Shown piece by piece: positions 40,746-52,289 of a stretch of 64,000 nucleotides of DNA. This stretch comes from Vallitalea sp. GTDB lineage: Bacteria > Bacillota > Clostridia > Lachnospirales > Vallitaleaceae. The stretch's first letter is position 1; each line of letters begins with the position of its first letter. Location of the stretch: positions 63,922 through 127,921 of the forward strand of contig JAOASG010000034.1 of assembly GCA_025210235.1 (NCBI GenBank). Direction: 5' to 3'. Below the pieces are notes generated by a model that was given only the letters and a program-made list of their open reading frames with translations, was not told the origin of the DNA and did not search any database. The translations under genes were made by a program, and so were the position numbers.

Positions 40746-41653
40746 TGTTGCAAAACAGCTTAGTTATTAAAAATAAAGTTAGCAAAAAACAAAAAAAAGA
40801 AATGATGATTGCATATTTGTTTTTACTCCCAGCTTTATTGGTAATTGGGATATTCGTAATAATTCCAATTTGTAAATTATTTTATACTAGTATGAGAAGT
40901 ACTGATTTAATGGGTGGCAATGATGTTTTTATAGGTCTAAAAAATTATAGTGATTTGATTCATGATGCAGAATTTATTAGATCATTTAAGGCGTCATTAT
41001 ATTTTATGATAATTGTTATGCCGTTGCAAACATTACTATCATTATTTATGGCGATTCAAGTTAACAAAAAAATAAAAGGTGTAGGCATATATAGGAGTAT
41101 TTATTTTTTACCTGTAGTTACTTCTTTTCTAGTAATATCATATTTATGGAAGTTTATGTATAATACCAACTTTGGATTAATTAATGAAATTCTAAATGTT
41201 TTACATATAACAAGAGTTAATTTCTTAGGTAATACTAACACTGCCATGAATAGTATAATTGTTGCTTGTATCTGGAAATCGTGGGCATTTTTTATGATGA
41301 TATACCTCGCAGGGTTAAAAGAGATACCAATATCATTATATGAATCAGCAGCTATTGATGGAGTTAATTCATGGCAAAAATTTAGATATATAACATTTCC
41401 AATGTTAAAGAAAACAACATTATTTATTGTTATGATAACAAGTATGGATGCGTTTGTAAAAGTATTTGTACCAGTGTTTGCTATGACTCAGGGAGGGCCT
41501 AGAGGAACAACAAATATATTAGTTTTCCATATATGGCGACAAGCTTTTCGATTGAATCAAGTAGGATATGCTTCAGCAGCAGCAGTAATAATGTTCTTAT
41601 TCGTATTAATAATGAGTATAATACAATTTAAAATAGGCGATGACAAAGAATAA
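40746..41653 (+). CDS. sugar ABC transporter permease (CUT1, MalF/UgpA-like)
   Basis: BPD_transp_1 signature. The ORF opens at 40616, but the likely start is the Met at 40746, preceded by AAGGAGGAG. Confidence 0.7.
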
Positions 41654-42505
41654 TTGGAGGTGGATATCATGACAAAGAAAAATAAAAATATAGGAACACA
41701 CATAATTCTAATATTATTTGTAATTATAACAATTATTCCAATGGCTTGGGGGGTAGGAAATGCTTTTCGAAGTAATGAAGAGTTGGCTGCCATGTCAGGT
41801 CTAAGTATAAATACGTTTATACCAAAATGTTTTACAATGAATAATTTTACAACAATGTTTTCAGCATTGAATTTTACTAAGGTATTTATGAATACTCTTT
41901 TTATAGCACTTACAGTAACTGCTGGAAATATAATATTTAATGCTATGGCTGGATATGCATTTGCAAGATTAAATTTTCCAGGGAAAAATATAATTTTCAT
42001 CATTTTATTAGCTACATTAATGGTACCATTAGAAGTGTTGATTATACCTTTATATAGTACTTTGAGAGATTTGCATATGATGAATAGTTATTCGGCACTC
42101 ATTATTCCATTTATGGCTAATGCATTTGGTATATTTTATTTTAGACAATTTATTAGTAATATACCAAAAGAACTTGATGAGGCAGCTATTATAGATGGAT
42201 GTAATCAATTTGGTATTTTTAGAAGAATTATATTCCCATTATTAAAATCAGCTATGGTAACACTGGGTATTATAGTATTTTTACAACAGTGGGATAGTTT
42301 TATTGTACCAGTTACAGTAATCCATTCAAAATCAAAAATGGTTCTTCAAGTTGCACTACAGGATTTACAATTTGGTCTATATAGTAATGATTATGGTGTT
42401 ATGTTTGCAGGAATAGTAGTATCTGCTTTACCAGTTATAATTGTATTTCTATTTTTGCAAAAATATTATGTAGAAGGAATTAGTTCAAGTGGATTAAAAG
42501 GCTAA
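41654..42505 (+). CDS. sugar ABC transporter permease (CUT1, MalG/UgpE-like)
   Basis: 283 aa with six TM helices and an EAA-loop region. Confidence 0.75.
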   Translation: MEVDIMTKKNKNIGTHIILILFVIITIIPMAWGVGNAFRSNEELAAMSGLSINTFIPKCFTMNNFTTMFSALNFTKVFMNTLFIALTVTAGNIIFNAMAGYAFARLNFPGKNIIFIILLATLMVPLEVLIIPLYSTLRDLHMMNSYSALIIPFMANAFGIFYFRQFISNIPKELDEAAIIDGCNQFGIFRRIIFPLLKSAMVTLGIIVFLQQWDSFIVPVTVIHSKSKMVLQVALQDLQFGLYSNDYGVMFAGIVVSALPVIIVFLFLQKYYVEGISSSGLKG

Positions 42506-42518
42506 AAGGAGGATAATT

Positions 42519-44633
42519 ATGTGGATAGATAATAGTAGAAGAAGAATTTTTTTTGATATGCATTTACCTGATTGGGAAGATACTAACATTGCTAATGATT
42601 TTCAACCTAAAAAAATAGCAGAAACCTTTTCAAAAAGTAAAGTAGACTCAGTTGTTGTATATGCAAAATGTCAATATGGAAATTTTTATTACGATACTAA
42701 ATTAGGTCATAAACATTCTGGTCTTGGAAAACAAAATCTGTTCAGAGAAATGTCAGAGGCATTACATGAAAAAGGTATAAAAGTTATTGCTTATTATTCT
42801 GTTTCATGGGATGAGTGGGTAAGTAATAATAATAAAGAATGGCTAGTTGAAGGGTCAGATGGCACTAGTGACACAGACGAATTTAGATGGCAAACATTAT
42901 GTATTAATAGTCCTTATAGACAACAAGTTATAAGTCATATAAAAGAAATTATGGAAATGGAAAATCCAGATGGATTTTGGATTGATATGACAATTATTGG
43001 TAGTGATAAATGTCATTGTAAATATTGTAAAGCTAAGTTTAAGGAAAAATACGGTTTTGATATGCCTGTAGACAAACAAGATGAAAATTATGATATTTTT
43101 ATGAAGTTTAGGTATGATTATATAGAGGAATTCTATAGAGAATTAAGAGAAGTAGTAAAAGGTATAAATAATGAAACTATTATTACTAATAACTACTGGG
43201 GGTATCCATATTCAACTGCGACAATGGGTAGTAGAGCTGTTGGAGCAGTTTCAAATACAGATTTTGTAACGGGAGAAGCATATACAGATTGGACAGGACT
43301 TAATGCGCCAAGTTTCTTTACGAAATTTTTACGAGGGGTTGCTAATGGAAAACCTTACGAAGCTGTAATTGGTAGGTTCTATAATACATGGGATTACACT
43401 GTTAAGCCATATGAACAAATGGCATTTGAGACATATAGTGTTATAGCAAATGGTGCTGTAGCTACGATAGATGATGAACCTTATCATGATGGTAATATTG
43501 ATGAACAATTCTATGAGGATTTAGGTAAAATATTTAGTAATGTTCAAAAAAGAGAAAAATATTTAAAAGGTAAGCATGTCAAGTATGCTGCAATTTTTCA
43601 TTCTCAACAGACAAAAGATTATTTTAATGATTATGGTAATAGCGAATTTATCCGAAGTATTGCCGGCAGTTTTAAATTGTTAAGGGATTTACATTATCCT
43701 ATAGATTTTATTTTTGATGATAATGCAAATGATGTTAATTGGTTTGACTATAAAATCATTATAATGCCTAGTGTGGCAGTTGTTTCAAAGGAAATTGTTA
43801 TTAAACTAAAACAATTTGTTGAAAAAGGTGGAACATTATTAATGTCAGGTCAATGTATGCTATACACTATAGAAGATGATAAGTTATGTAGAAATACTCA
43901 ATTAATGAAAGAATATTTTAATATAGATGTAGAAGAGCAAAATACATATTCAATGTCATATATGAGTTCAGCTAACTTATTTAATAATCAGTATATTAAT
44001 AGTGACAGACCTATTTTAGTAAAAGGTAAATATGTTAACTATAAAAAAAGCAGTTTTAATGAAGTAGATAGTATAATTATTGAACCAATATGCGAGACGT
44101 CAAAAGAAAAATTCTATCATAATAATTTACCATCTCCATATAAATCTACAAAAAATACTGCTATAGGGTATAAATCATTTGGATTAGGTAATGTTATATG
44201 TTTTGCTCAACCAATATTTTCTCATTATGCAAAACAAAGTCAAGTGGAATTAAGGGAAATAATTGACGCCTATACTAGAAAAATAACTGGGCAGCCATTA
44301 GTCACGTTTGAATGTGTAAATAGAATGGATGTAGCAGTTTGGGAGAGAGATAAGGAAATTATAGTACATATGCTAAATCCAAATCCAGGAATGTCTGTAT
44401 GTTGTGGATATATGGATCCTTTTGAAGGAGCTTATCCTAGGACTTTTGAATATATGGATGAGATTATTCCAGTATATAACAGTAAAATTATTATTGATAA
44501 GTCTATAATAGTAGAAAGTGCTGAAAGTGTAGTAGAAAATGCAAAGTTAGATATAGTAAATAGAGATGGAAAAACAATTATCAATGTAGATAAAATTGAT
44601 TTATGGGAAACAATTTGTATTAAGTTAAAATAG
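42519..44633 (+). CDS. putative glycoside hydrolase-like protein (TIM barrel, GH42/GHL-type)
   Basis: 704-aa cytoplasmic protein within the sugar ABC/TCS locus. The family assignment is from memory and of low certainty. Confidence 0.45.
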   Translation: MWIDNSRRRIFFDMHLPDWEDTNIANDFQPKKIAETFSKSKVDSVVVYAKCQYGNFYYDTKLGHKHSGLGKQNLFREMSEALHEKGIKVIAYYSVSWDEWVSNNNKEWLVEGSDGTSDTDEFRWQTLCINSPYRQQVISHIKEIMEMENPDGFWIDMTIIGSDKCHCKYCKAKFKEKYGFDMPVDKQDENYDIFMKFRYDYIEEFYRELREVVKGINNETIITNNYWGYPYSTATMGSRAVGAVSNTDFVTGEAYTDWTGLNAPSFFTKFLRGVANGKPYEAVIGRFYNTWDYTVKPYEQMAFETYSVIANGAVATIDDEPYHDGNIDEQFYEDLGKIFSNVQKREKYLKGKHVKYAAIFHSQQTKDYFNDYGNSEFIRSIAGSFKLLRDLHYPIDFIFDDNANDVNWFDYKIIIMPSVAVVSKEIVIKLKQFVEKGGTLLMSGQCMLYTIEDDKLCRNTQLMKEYFNIDVEEQNTYSMSYMSSANLFNNQYINSDRPILVKGKYVNYKKSSFNEVDSIIIEPICETSKEKFYHNNLPSPYKSTKNTAIGYKSFGLGNVICFAQPIFSHYAKQSQVELREIIDAYTRKITGQPLVTFECVNRMDVAVWERDKEIIVHMLNPNPGMSVCCGYMDPFEGAYPRTFEYMDEIIPVYNSKIIIDKSIIVESAESVVENAKLDIVNRDGKTIINVDKIDLWETICIKLK

Positions 44634-44789
44634 ATATATAATATTTATTATGAGATTATAAATAACTATAAATTTGGGAAATGTTATTAAAATAATAAGG
44701 GTTCAAAATTAGTAGATTCAGTAATTAGCGATGTTGCTTATACTGGATCTATTTATATTATCCAAAATAATATAAAGCAAAATTAGTTA

Positions 44790-44818
44790 TTGACAAATAC
44801 AATTAAATTGAGTAAAAT
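44790..44818 (+). promoter_or_regulatory. sigma-A promoter for gpx (TTGACA-17-TAAAAT)
   Basis: TTGACA at 44790-44795 and TAAAAT at 44813-44818. Confidence 0.55.
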
Positions 44819-44863
44819 TAAATTACATTAAATTAAATAGAAGAAAATTTAAGGAGGAATAAG

Positions 44864-45409
44864 ATGAGTATATATAATTTTTCAGCAAAGACTATTGATG
44901 GTAAGGTTAGAAATTTTGATGAATACAAAGGAAAGGTACTTATTATTGTTAATACTGCTAGTAAATGTGGTTTTACTCCTCAATATGACGATCTGCAAAA
45001 ACTATATAAAGAGTATATGGATAAAGGAGTAGAAATACTAGGATTTCCTTGTAATCAATTTGCTGCACAAGAACCAGGTAGTAGTAAAGATGTAAAGGAA
45101 TTTTGTACATTAAACTTTGGGGTTACATTTCAATTATTTGAGAAAATAGACGTTAATGGAGCAAACGCACATCCTCTTTTCAAATACTTAATTGATAAGG
45201 CACCATTTAATGGATTTGATATGAGTAATCCAAGTAATAAAATTTTAGATTCTTTAATTAAAAACAGATATCCAGAACTAGTAACGGGAGATTCTATAAG
45301 ATGGAATTTTACGAAATTCTTAATTGATAGAAAAGGAAATGTTGTTAATAGGTTTGAATCATCTGTAGATCCTATGGATTTAAAACCATATATTGAGGAA
45401 ATACTATAA
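44864..45409 (+). CDS. gpx: glutathione peroxidase
   Basis: 181 aa with an NTASKCGFT active-site motif. Confidence 0.88.
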   Translation: MSIYNFSAKTIDGKVRNFDEYKGKVLIIVNTASKCGFTPQYDDLQKLYKEYMDKGVEILGFPCNQFAAQEPGSSKDVKEFCTLNFGVTFQLFEKIDVNGANAHPLFKYLIDKAPFNGFDMSNPSNKILDSLIKNRYPELVTGDSIRWNFTKFLIDRKGNVVNRFESSVDPMDLKPYIEEIL

Positions 45410-45448
45410 TAAAGTTAAGTTTATTAGATGTAGACGAAAGGACTTATT

Positions 45449-45883
45449 ATGAATAATTACGATGCACTTAAACTAGAAAATCAACTTTGTTTTCCGTTAT
45501 ATGCTTGTTCAAGAGAAATAATAAAATTATATAAACCATTTCTAAATAAAATTGATTTAACATATACTCAGTATATTACTTTAATGGTTTTATGGGATAT
45601 AGAAGAAATTACTGTAAAGGAATTAGGAAAAAAACTATATCTTGATTCTGGAACATTAACTCCATTATTAAAGAAACTAGAATCTAAAGGATTAGTTAAG
45701 AGAAAAAGGTCAGAAAAAGATGAAAGAATTATGATAATAACCATTACTGAAGAAGGAAAAAAATTAAAAGAAAAGGCTGTAGATATACCAAAAGGAGTTT
45801 TTTGCGAAACTCATTTAGATAGAGAAGATGCCATGATACTTAAAGAATATCTAAATAAGTTGTTACAAAAAATTGATAAGTAA
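45449..45883 (+). CDS. MarR family transcriptional regulator (OhrR-like)
   Basis: 144 aa with a winged HTH (…LTYTQYITLMVLWD…). Confidence 0.75.
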   Translation: MNNYDALKLENQLCFPLYACSREIIKLYKPFLNKIDLTYTQYITLMVLWDIEEITVKELGKKLYLDSGTLTPLLKKLESKGLVKRKRSEKDERIMIITITEEGKKLKEKAVDIPKGVFCETHLDREDAMILKEYLNKLLQKIDK

Positions 45884-46220
45884 TAGGTATAAATAGACAA
45901 AGGTATATATATTAAACCATATATAATAATAATATGTTCTTGTTACGTTTGTTGTTTTATCTGTCTTAATCCGTAAAGGGCGTTTATTATTAATATATAT
46001 GGTTTTTTGTTATATTACCATTCTTTTTTATTTCGTCCTGTACTTCATAAAAAAGCTAATAAGATAAATACATAACATATTTTCAATAAATTATTGATAT
46101 TATATACTAGTATTTGGTATTATAGATATAGAAAAATGTGGAAATATATAATAATTACTACATTGATTCTATGATGGGAAAGTTAAATACTTAAATAAAG
46201 GGAAGGATTGAAGTATAACG

Positions 46221-49200
46221 ATGAAGAATACTAGTTTTATAAAAAAGATAAAAGATGCTACTAAAAAGCAAAAAATATTGGGTGTGGTTACTACAGTAAT
46301 AATACTTACAGTTATTATAACTGGTATTGTCTTTTTGGTTAATAAAGATAATAAAAATACTAAAGAGATAGTAAATAATAGTTCTAATAATAAAGAAAAA
46401 GAAATAGAACAAGATAATGAAAAAAATAATAAAGAAGATAATTATATAGAACCAACAGATGTTAAGGTTGAGGCAGTATCCAATACGCCTTTTGGAATAT
46501 CAACAGATACAAAGTTAAGATTAACTTCGAAGACCCCTATGAGAGAAGAAAGTATCAAAAAGAATTTAAGGATGAGTCCAAATAGAGATTATAGTATAGA
46601 AAAGGTTAATGACAAAGAATATTTACTAGCTGTAGATACACCTTTTGAAAATAATCAAATTGTAAAAGTAAATTATGCAACTAAGAAAGAAAACTTAGGG
46701 TGGGCTTTTCAAACAGTAAAGAAATTTAATATTGCATACACACACCCATCAGATGAAGGATATAATGTACCTATAGATAGTGGGATAGAAATCCAGTTTA
46801 CTAAAAATATAGGTGATGAAAAAATAGATAGCTATTTTGAAATAAAACCTTCTGTAAAAGGTCAGTTTAAATATGAAAACAATAAAGTAATATTTATGCC
46901 TAACAATAAATTGAAAAAAAACACAAAATATCAAGTTACAGTTAGAAAAGGTTATAGTAATAAAACAGAAACAATTAATGAAGATTATACATTTACTTTT
47001 AAAACAGATGGATATAACTATCAGAGTGAATATATTACACTTTATGGTGCAACAGATCATCTTACATATCTTAAGCCTAATATGCCACAGTTAATTAATT
47101 GTTACATACATAAAAATGATGAAAAAGAGAGTAAGGTAGATATTTCTATATATAAATTTAATAATAAGAATGATTTTATAAAAGGTTATAATAAAAAACA
47201 ATCAATAGATCCAAATAATTATGTAACAACTATTTCATCTAGTGAAAAATATTCTTATACTATAACACCAGGAAGGTATAATTACAATTACAATAAATAT
47301 TTAGAATTGCAAAATCTTGAAGAGGGATATTATTTTCTAACAGCAAAATTTGGAGAATGTGTAGATTATATGTTTGTCCAAATATCTCCTTATAATGCAT
47401 ATACAGCAGTAGATAAAGATAAATTTTTAGTTTGGATGGTAGATGGGACAACTTCACAATTAGTAAATGATGCTAAGATTATATTGGATAATAAAGTAGT
47501 AGGGAAAACAAATGAGGATGGAATTGCTTTTGTTAATAAAGAAGAAAAACATATTGAGGATGTAGTAATGGAACTTCAAGTAGGTGATGAAAATCCATTA
47601 ATTATGCCTTTAGAAATTGAGGAATACCATAAAAATCCAGAATGTTTATATTGGTCTCATATTTATTTTGATAGAGGGCTATACTTACCTACTGATGAAA
47701 TTAACATATTTGGTTTTGTTCAACATAGAATGGGAAAAGATGTAAAAGATATAAAAGTTCAAATGTACAATTCAAATAATACACTTATGGAAGAAAAAGA
47801 AGTAAAATTATCTAAAATTGGATGTTATAAAACAAGCTTTAAAGTTAATAATTATCTTGATGATTATGTGAAAGTTAAGGTTATAGTTGATAATAATATA
47901 GTAGAGGATAAATGGGTTGATATTGGTGAATTTGAAAAACCTATCTATAAAATGAAAACTTCTCTAGATAAAGATTTTATTATGATGGGAGATTCTATCA
48001 CTTATTCTTCAGATACTAGTTTTTATGAAGGAACTCCTGTTGCAAATGCTAAAACTCTAGTAAACTCTTATAACATAAAATTATTTGGTAAAGAATCAAA
48101 AACACAAGAAAAGTATACTGGTAATGAAAAGGGACATAAAGAAGTAATATTAAAACCATATGTGGAGACCAAGCTTTGGAAACCTATTTATATGGATATA
48201 CAAACTAATTTAGAAAACTTGCAAAAAAGATATATTATTGATAGAACAAATGCAATTTTATTCCCAAGAGATATAATGGTTGAAACAGAAGATAATAAAA
48301 TATCAGACAATAAAGTAGAAATAAAAACTAATATTAATTATATAGATTTAAGTAATTTTAGTGGGAAAATTTATGATTATGATTCATATAGAGCAAAAGG
48401 TGTACCATCAAAAGAAGTTGATGTTGATATAGTTGAGACATATTATGAAAAAATATATGAAGGAAAAGGCTATGATTTTATTAATAAGGTAAGTTTTGAT
48501 AAGTATAGTTATGAAAAACATGAAAATACTGTTGATACAATTAGTGGAGTTACAGATGAAGATGGTATATTAACTTTTTCTTATGATAAAATTATTGCTG
48601 ACAGAGGATATTGTTTTGTTATTAAAACAAAAGATACAAAAGATAGATTTATTCAATGGAAACATAATTATTCAATAGCATCTCATAATAATTCAGATAA
48701 TTATTTTGATAGATATTCTTTAAATGCAGATAAATGGAGACTTAAGAAAAATGATTCTATAAAACTAACTATTGAACAAGGTTATGAACAAATACTAAAA
48801 AGAGATAAAGATAAATCATTAATCTTTATATGTAAAGATGGAATTATGGATTATGTAATAAGCGATGATACCCAAATTGATATGAAGTTTTTACCAGAAT
48901 ACATACCTAATGCAAATATTTATGTTGTATATTTTGATGGGAAGTCATTACACAATGATTATAATATGAGTGAGTATATTTATTATAATTATGATGATGA
49001 AGAGCTTAATATAAATATAGGTACAGAAAAAAAGGATTATAGGCCAGGCGACAAGGTGAAAATATCAATTAACGTAACAGATAAAGATAATAATCCTATA
49101 TCAACGGATGTTAATATAAGTGTAGTTAATGAAGCATTTTTTGCAATATGTGAAGATAATACTAATGTTTTAAGTAACTTATATAGAAGTTGTTTTTCAT

Positions 49201-51143
49201 CAGGTCTTATAGGAGAATATCTAGCTGCGTATAACATTTATGACTATTTTGAAGGAGCAGAATGTGGTGGAGAAGGAGATGCTGATTATATACGTAGTGA
49301 TTTTAAAAATACAGCAAGTTTTGATATTGTCACAACAGATAAAAATGGTAATGGTTATAAAGAAATAACTTTGCCAGATGATTTAACTAGTTGGAGAATT
49401 ACATGTACAGCTATTGATAATAAAATTAGAGCAGGAAAAGAAAAATATAATATAAATGCAAAATTACCATTTTTTATTTCTACCATTATTAATGATAGTT
49501 ACTTAGAAGGAGATTTAATAGAAGCAACTGTTAAAACAGCTGGAGAAAAGCTTAACAAAGATGATAGTGTAGATTTTTCTTGTGTTATAGAAAAAGAAAA
49601 TAAAGAAATAATAAAATTAAATAAAACAGGAAAAGGTCATGAGTATATTAATATTCCTATAGGTAAACTTGAAAAAGGTAAACATAAAATTACTATTTCA
49701 GCAACTATGGGTAAGTATAAAGACGGAGAACAATTTGAGGTAAATATTACAGATACTTTGCATTATTTTGATGTTATAAAGAAGGAAAATTTAACAAACG
49801 ACATGAAAATTATAAGCAATAATCAATATGTACACCTAGACTTTTTTAACAAAGAAGCAAGTGATCATTATTATGAATTGTTAAATATATATAGTAATAA
49901 AATTGGAAAAAGAAGTGAATATCAAATAGCTTCTTATATGGCTGGGGAAGAGTTAAACAAAAAATATAATAAAAATTATAAACAAGATAAAGATGTGTTT
50001 AAGGATTATATATCATATAATGGCTTATATAGAGACTTTGTTTATGGTAATTCTAGTGCAGAGATAACAGCTAATCTCATTTCTATTGGATATATTCAAG
50101 ATATTGAAAAGTTAAAACAAGGATTATTAAAACAAGCCAAAAACAATAACACTACAAAAATAGAAAACATTGCAGCTTTATGGGGACTTAGTATGTTAGG
50201 GGAACCTGTGCTATTAAATATTGAATCATTATATAATGAAATAAATAGCCAAAAAATAAGTATAGAAAAAATGTATATGATGCTAACTTTAATAGAAAGC
50301 GGAGAATTACAAAAGGGAAAAGCACTATACAATGATATTAAGAAAAATTATTTGAAGAAAAAGCAAGAATTATTATATATAGAATTTGACAATAAATATA
50401 CTGCTTTGATGATGTTAGCAGCAATTAAATTAGATTTAATAGATGATGCAAAGGGTATGCATGCATATTTACAAATTAATAGTGATGTTAAAGATACTAC
50501 GATTACTCAGCAGTTATATTATTTGCAGAAAATAAAACCTAAAAAGAATAAGTGTGGATTCCAATTTGATTTAAATGGAAAAAAAGAAAAAGTGAGTTTA
50601 GGAATAACAGATAATTATTCTTTAGATTTAACACCAAAAGAAGCTAATAGTATTAGATTTAGTAATATTGAAGGAAATGTTAGAGTAATAAAAGACTATA
50701 TTGGAACGGTAAAAGATATTAATAAAACAGATAAATATTCTATAGAAAAATGGTATACAACAGATAATAAGTCATCAAAAATAAAACAAGGAGAAATTGT
50801 AACAGTTCATATTAAAGTAAATGTACTTGATAATAGGTTATCTTCATTTATAATGGAAGATATTCTACCAGCAGGATTGGCGTATTTAGGTAATGAAAAA
50901 ATTATAGATCATGATGATAGATCTTTCGTATGGGGTGAGAACAAAGATAAACAAACAAAACTTCATGCATATATATATGGTTCAAAAGAGGCAGATAGTT
51001 ATAATTTTGAAGTTACTTATAAAGCAAGAGCTATTTTACCAGGAGAATATAAATCAGAACCAGTAGTTATTAGAGATAATACTTTCTATAATATTTCTTA
51101 TAGCGATGAAGCACAAGTTAAAATAAATGGTTTTGGAGAATGA
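46221..51143 (+). CDS. alpha-2-macroglobulin family protein, thioester-lacking, N-terminally membrane-anchored
   Basis: 1640 aa with an N-terminal TM helix and repeated beta-rich MG-like domains. Conserved …ITLPDDLTSWRITCTAID… motif. No CGEQ thioester motif. Confidence 0.5.
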   Translation: MKNTSFIKKIKDATKKQKILGVVTTVIILTVIITGIVFLVNKDNKNTKEIVNNSSNNKEKEIEQDNEKNNKEDNYIEPTDVKVEAVSNTPFGISTDTKLRLTSKTPMREESIKKNLRMSPNRDYSIEKVNDKEYLLAVDTPFENNQIVKVNYATKKENLGWAFQTVKKFNIAYTHPSDEGYNVPIDSGIEIQFTKNIGDEKIDSYFEIKPSVKGQFKYENNKVIFMPNNKLKKNTKYQVTVRKGYSNKTETINEDYTFTFKTDGYNYQSEYITLYGATDHLTYLKPNMPQLINCYIHKNDEKESKVDISIYKFNNKNDFIKGYNKKQSIDPNNYVTTISSSEKYSYTITPGRYNYNYNKYLELQNLEEGYYFLTAKFGECVDYMFVQISPYNAYTAVDKDKFLVWMVDGTTSQLVNDAKIILDNKVVGKTNEDGIAFVNKEEKHIEDVVMELQVGDENPLIMPLEIEEYHKNPECLYWSHIYFDRGLYLPTDEINIFGFVQHRMGKDVKDIKVQMYNSNNTLMEEKEVKLSKIGCYKTSFKVNNYLDDYVKVKVIVDNNIVEDKWVDIGEFEKPIYKMKTSLDKDFIMMGDSITYSSDTSFYEGTPVANAKTLVNSYNIKLFGKESKTQEKYTGNEKGHKEVILKPYVETKLWKPIYMDIQTNLENLQKRYIIDRTNAILFPRDIMVETEDNKISDNKVEIKTNINYIDLSNFSGKIYDYDSYRAKGVPSKEVDVDIVETYYEKIYEGKGYDFINKVSFDKYSYEKHENTVDTISGVTDEDGILTFSYDKIIADRGYCFVIKTKDTKDRFIQWKHNYSIASHNNSDNYFDRYSLNADKWRLKKNDSIKLTIEQGYEQILKRDKDKSLIFICKDGIMDYVISDDTQIDMKFLPEYIPNANIYVVYFDGKSLHNDYNMSEYIYYNYDDEELNINIGTEKKDYRPGDKVKISINVTDKDNNPISTDVNISVVNEAFFAICEDNTNVLSNLYRSCFSSGLIGEYLAAYNIYDYFEGAECGGEGDADYIRSDFKNTASFDIVTTDKNGNGYKEITLPDDLTSWRITCTAIDNKIRAGKEKYNINAKLPFFISTIINDSYLEGDLIEATVKTAGEKLNKDDSVDFSCVIEKENKEIIKLNKTGKGHEYINIPIGKLEKGKHKITISATMGKYKDGEQFEVNITDTLHYFDVIKKENLTNDMKIISNNQYVHLDFFNKEASDHYYELLNIYSNKIGKRSEYQIASYMAGEELNKKYNKNYKQDKDVFKDYISYNGLYRDFVYGNSSAEITANLISIGYIQDIEKLKQGLLKQAKNNNTTKIENIAALWGLSMLGEPVLLNIESLYNEINSQKISIEKMYMMLTLIESGELQKGKALYNDIKKNYLKKKQELLYIEFDNKYTALMMLAAIKLDLIDDAKGMHAYLQINSDVKDTTITQQLYYLQKIKPKKNKCGFQFDLNGKKEKVSLGITDNYSLDLTPKEANSIRFSNIEGNVRVIKDYIGTVKDINKTDKYSIEKWYTTDNKSSKIKQGEIVTVHIKVNVLDNRLSSFIMEDILPAGLAYLGNEKIIDHDDRSFVWGENKDKQTKLHAYIYGSKEADSYNFEVTYKARAILPGEYKSEPVVIRDNTFYNISYSDEAQVKINGFGE

Positions 51144-52102
51144 AAATAATGAGACGATTGTATATGGTAATTATGGCAATAATAATTATTTTGTCTGGTT
51201 GTAATTATAAATCTAACGTGGCGGATAAAAAAATCGAAATAGATGAAAATAAAGTAATTAAAGATGAAGAAATAATAGCTGTAAAAGATCAAACTAAAAA
51301 AGAGAGGCCACCTACATTAGATAGTACTGACTTTATAAGAAAAAAGACTTTTTATAATTCAATTGGAAAGAGCAGTAAATTTGATAGCAGTAATATTATA
51401 GCTGGTATTATTCCTCATCATGATGTAGCATGTAAATATATTGCTTCTTTTTATAAGACAGTTGCTGAACAAAAAGACCCAGATATAGTTATTATAATAG
51501 GACCAAATCATCCTGGAACAGGACCAAGATTTCAGGTTGGTAATTTTGATTTTAATACTAGATCAGGAGTAATTAATAGTAATTCAAATATTATTTATAA
51601 TTTAGCTAAAAATCCTATCATGTATTTATCAGAAAAAGATGTATTTGAAAAGGAACATTCAGTAGGATTACATATGAATTATATACGATATTATTTTCCT
51701 AGTGCAGAAGTTGTACCAATAATAATAGGAGAAACAAGAAATTTAGATGGGATATTAGAAGTGGCACAAGATGTTGTTAAAGAAATAAAAGATAAAGATA
51801 TACTTTTAATAGCTTCTATAGATTTTTCTCATTATTTAACACTTGAGCAAGCTAATGAAAAAGATAAACTTACAAGAGAAATAATAAATAATTCTGATGT
51901 TAGACAAATGATTGGTTTAGGAAATGACCATATTGATTCTCCTTCTTCTTATGGATTACTTATGGAAATATTAAATCAGATGGGGATAACTTATAAATGT
52001 AAAATTAACGGAAATGATAATTCAGCAAATATAATAGGAGATACTGATATAAAAGAAACTACTAGTTATTTTTTTGTGAGTTATGAAAGAGTTGATGATT
52101 AA
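51140..52102 (+). CDS. secreted MEMO1-family (AmmeMemoRadiSam system protein B-like) lipoprotein
   Basis: 320 aa with a lipobox (LSGC) and a MEMO-like core (…GIIPHHDVACKYIA…IIIGPNHPG…). Overlaps the preceding gene by 4 bp. Confidence 0.5.
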   Translation: MKIMRRLYMVIMAIIIILSGCNYKSNVADKKIEIDENKVIKDEEIIAVKDQTKKERPPTLDSTDFIRKKTFYNSIGKSSKFDSSNIIAGIIPHHDVACKYIASFYKTVAEQKDPDIVIIIGPNHPGTGPRFQVGNFDFNTRSGVINSNSNIIYNLAKNPIMYLSEKDVFEKEHSVGLHMNYIRYYFPSAEVVPIIIGETRNLDGILEVAQDVVKEIKDKDILLIASIDFSHYLTLEQANEKDKLTREIINNSDVRQMIGLGNDHIDSPSSYGLLMEILNQMGITYKCKINGNDNSANIIGDTDIKETTSYFFVSYERVDD

Positions 52103-52289
52103 TCAGCTTTAAACTATTATAGTAAACATTACAATAATGTAAGTTGTAACCACATATTGTAAGTTATAACGATGGAGAATCTATAACTAAAAAGTTACAA
52201 TATTAACATAATCAATAACATATATAATAATTAGGTTTATTAAGATATTTATTAATTAAGCCTTGATTTAATACTAGGAGGATAAGATT

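Noticed and set aside
46221-51143. Thioester (CGEQ) site in the A2M-like protein (the ECGGEGDADY stretch)
   Set aside because: The stretch lies upstream of the LPDDLTSWR motif, whereas a real thioester domain follows it. No CxEQ is present at the expected position, so the protein is called thioester-less.
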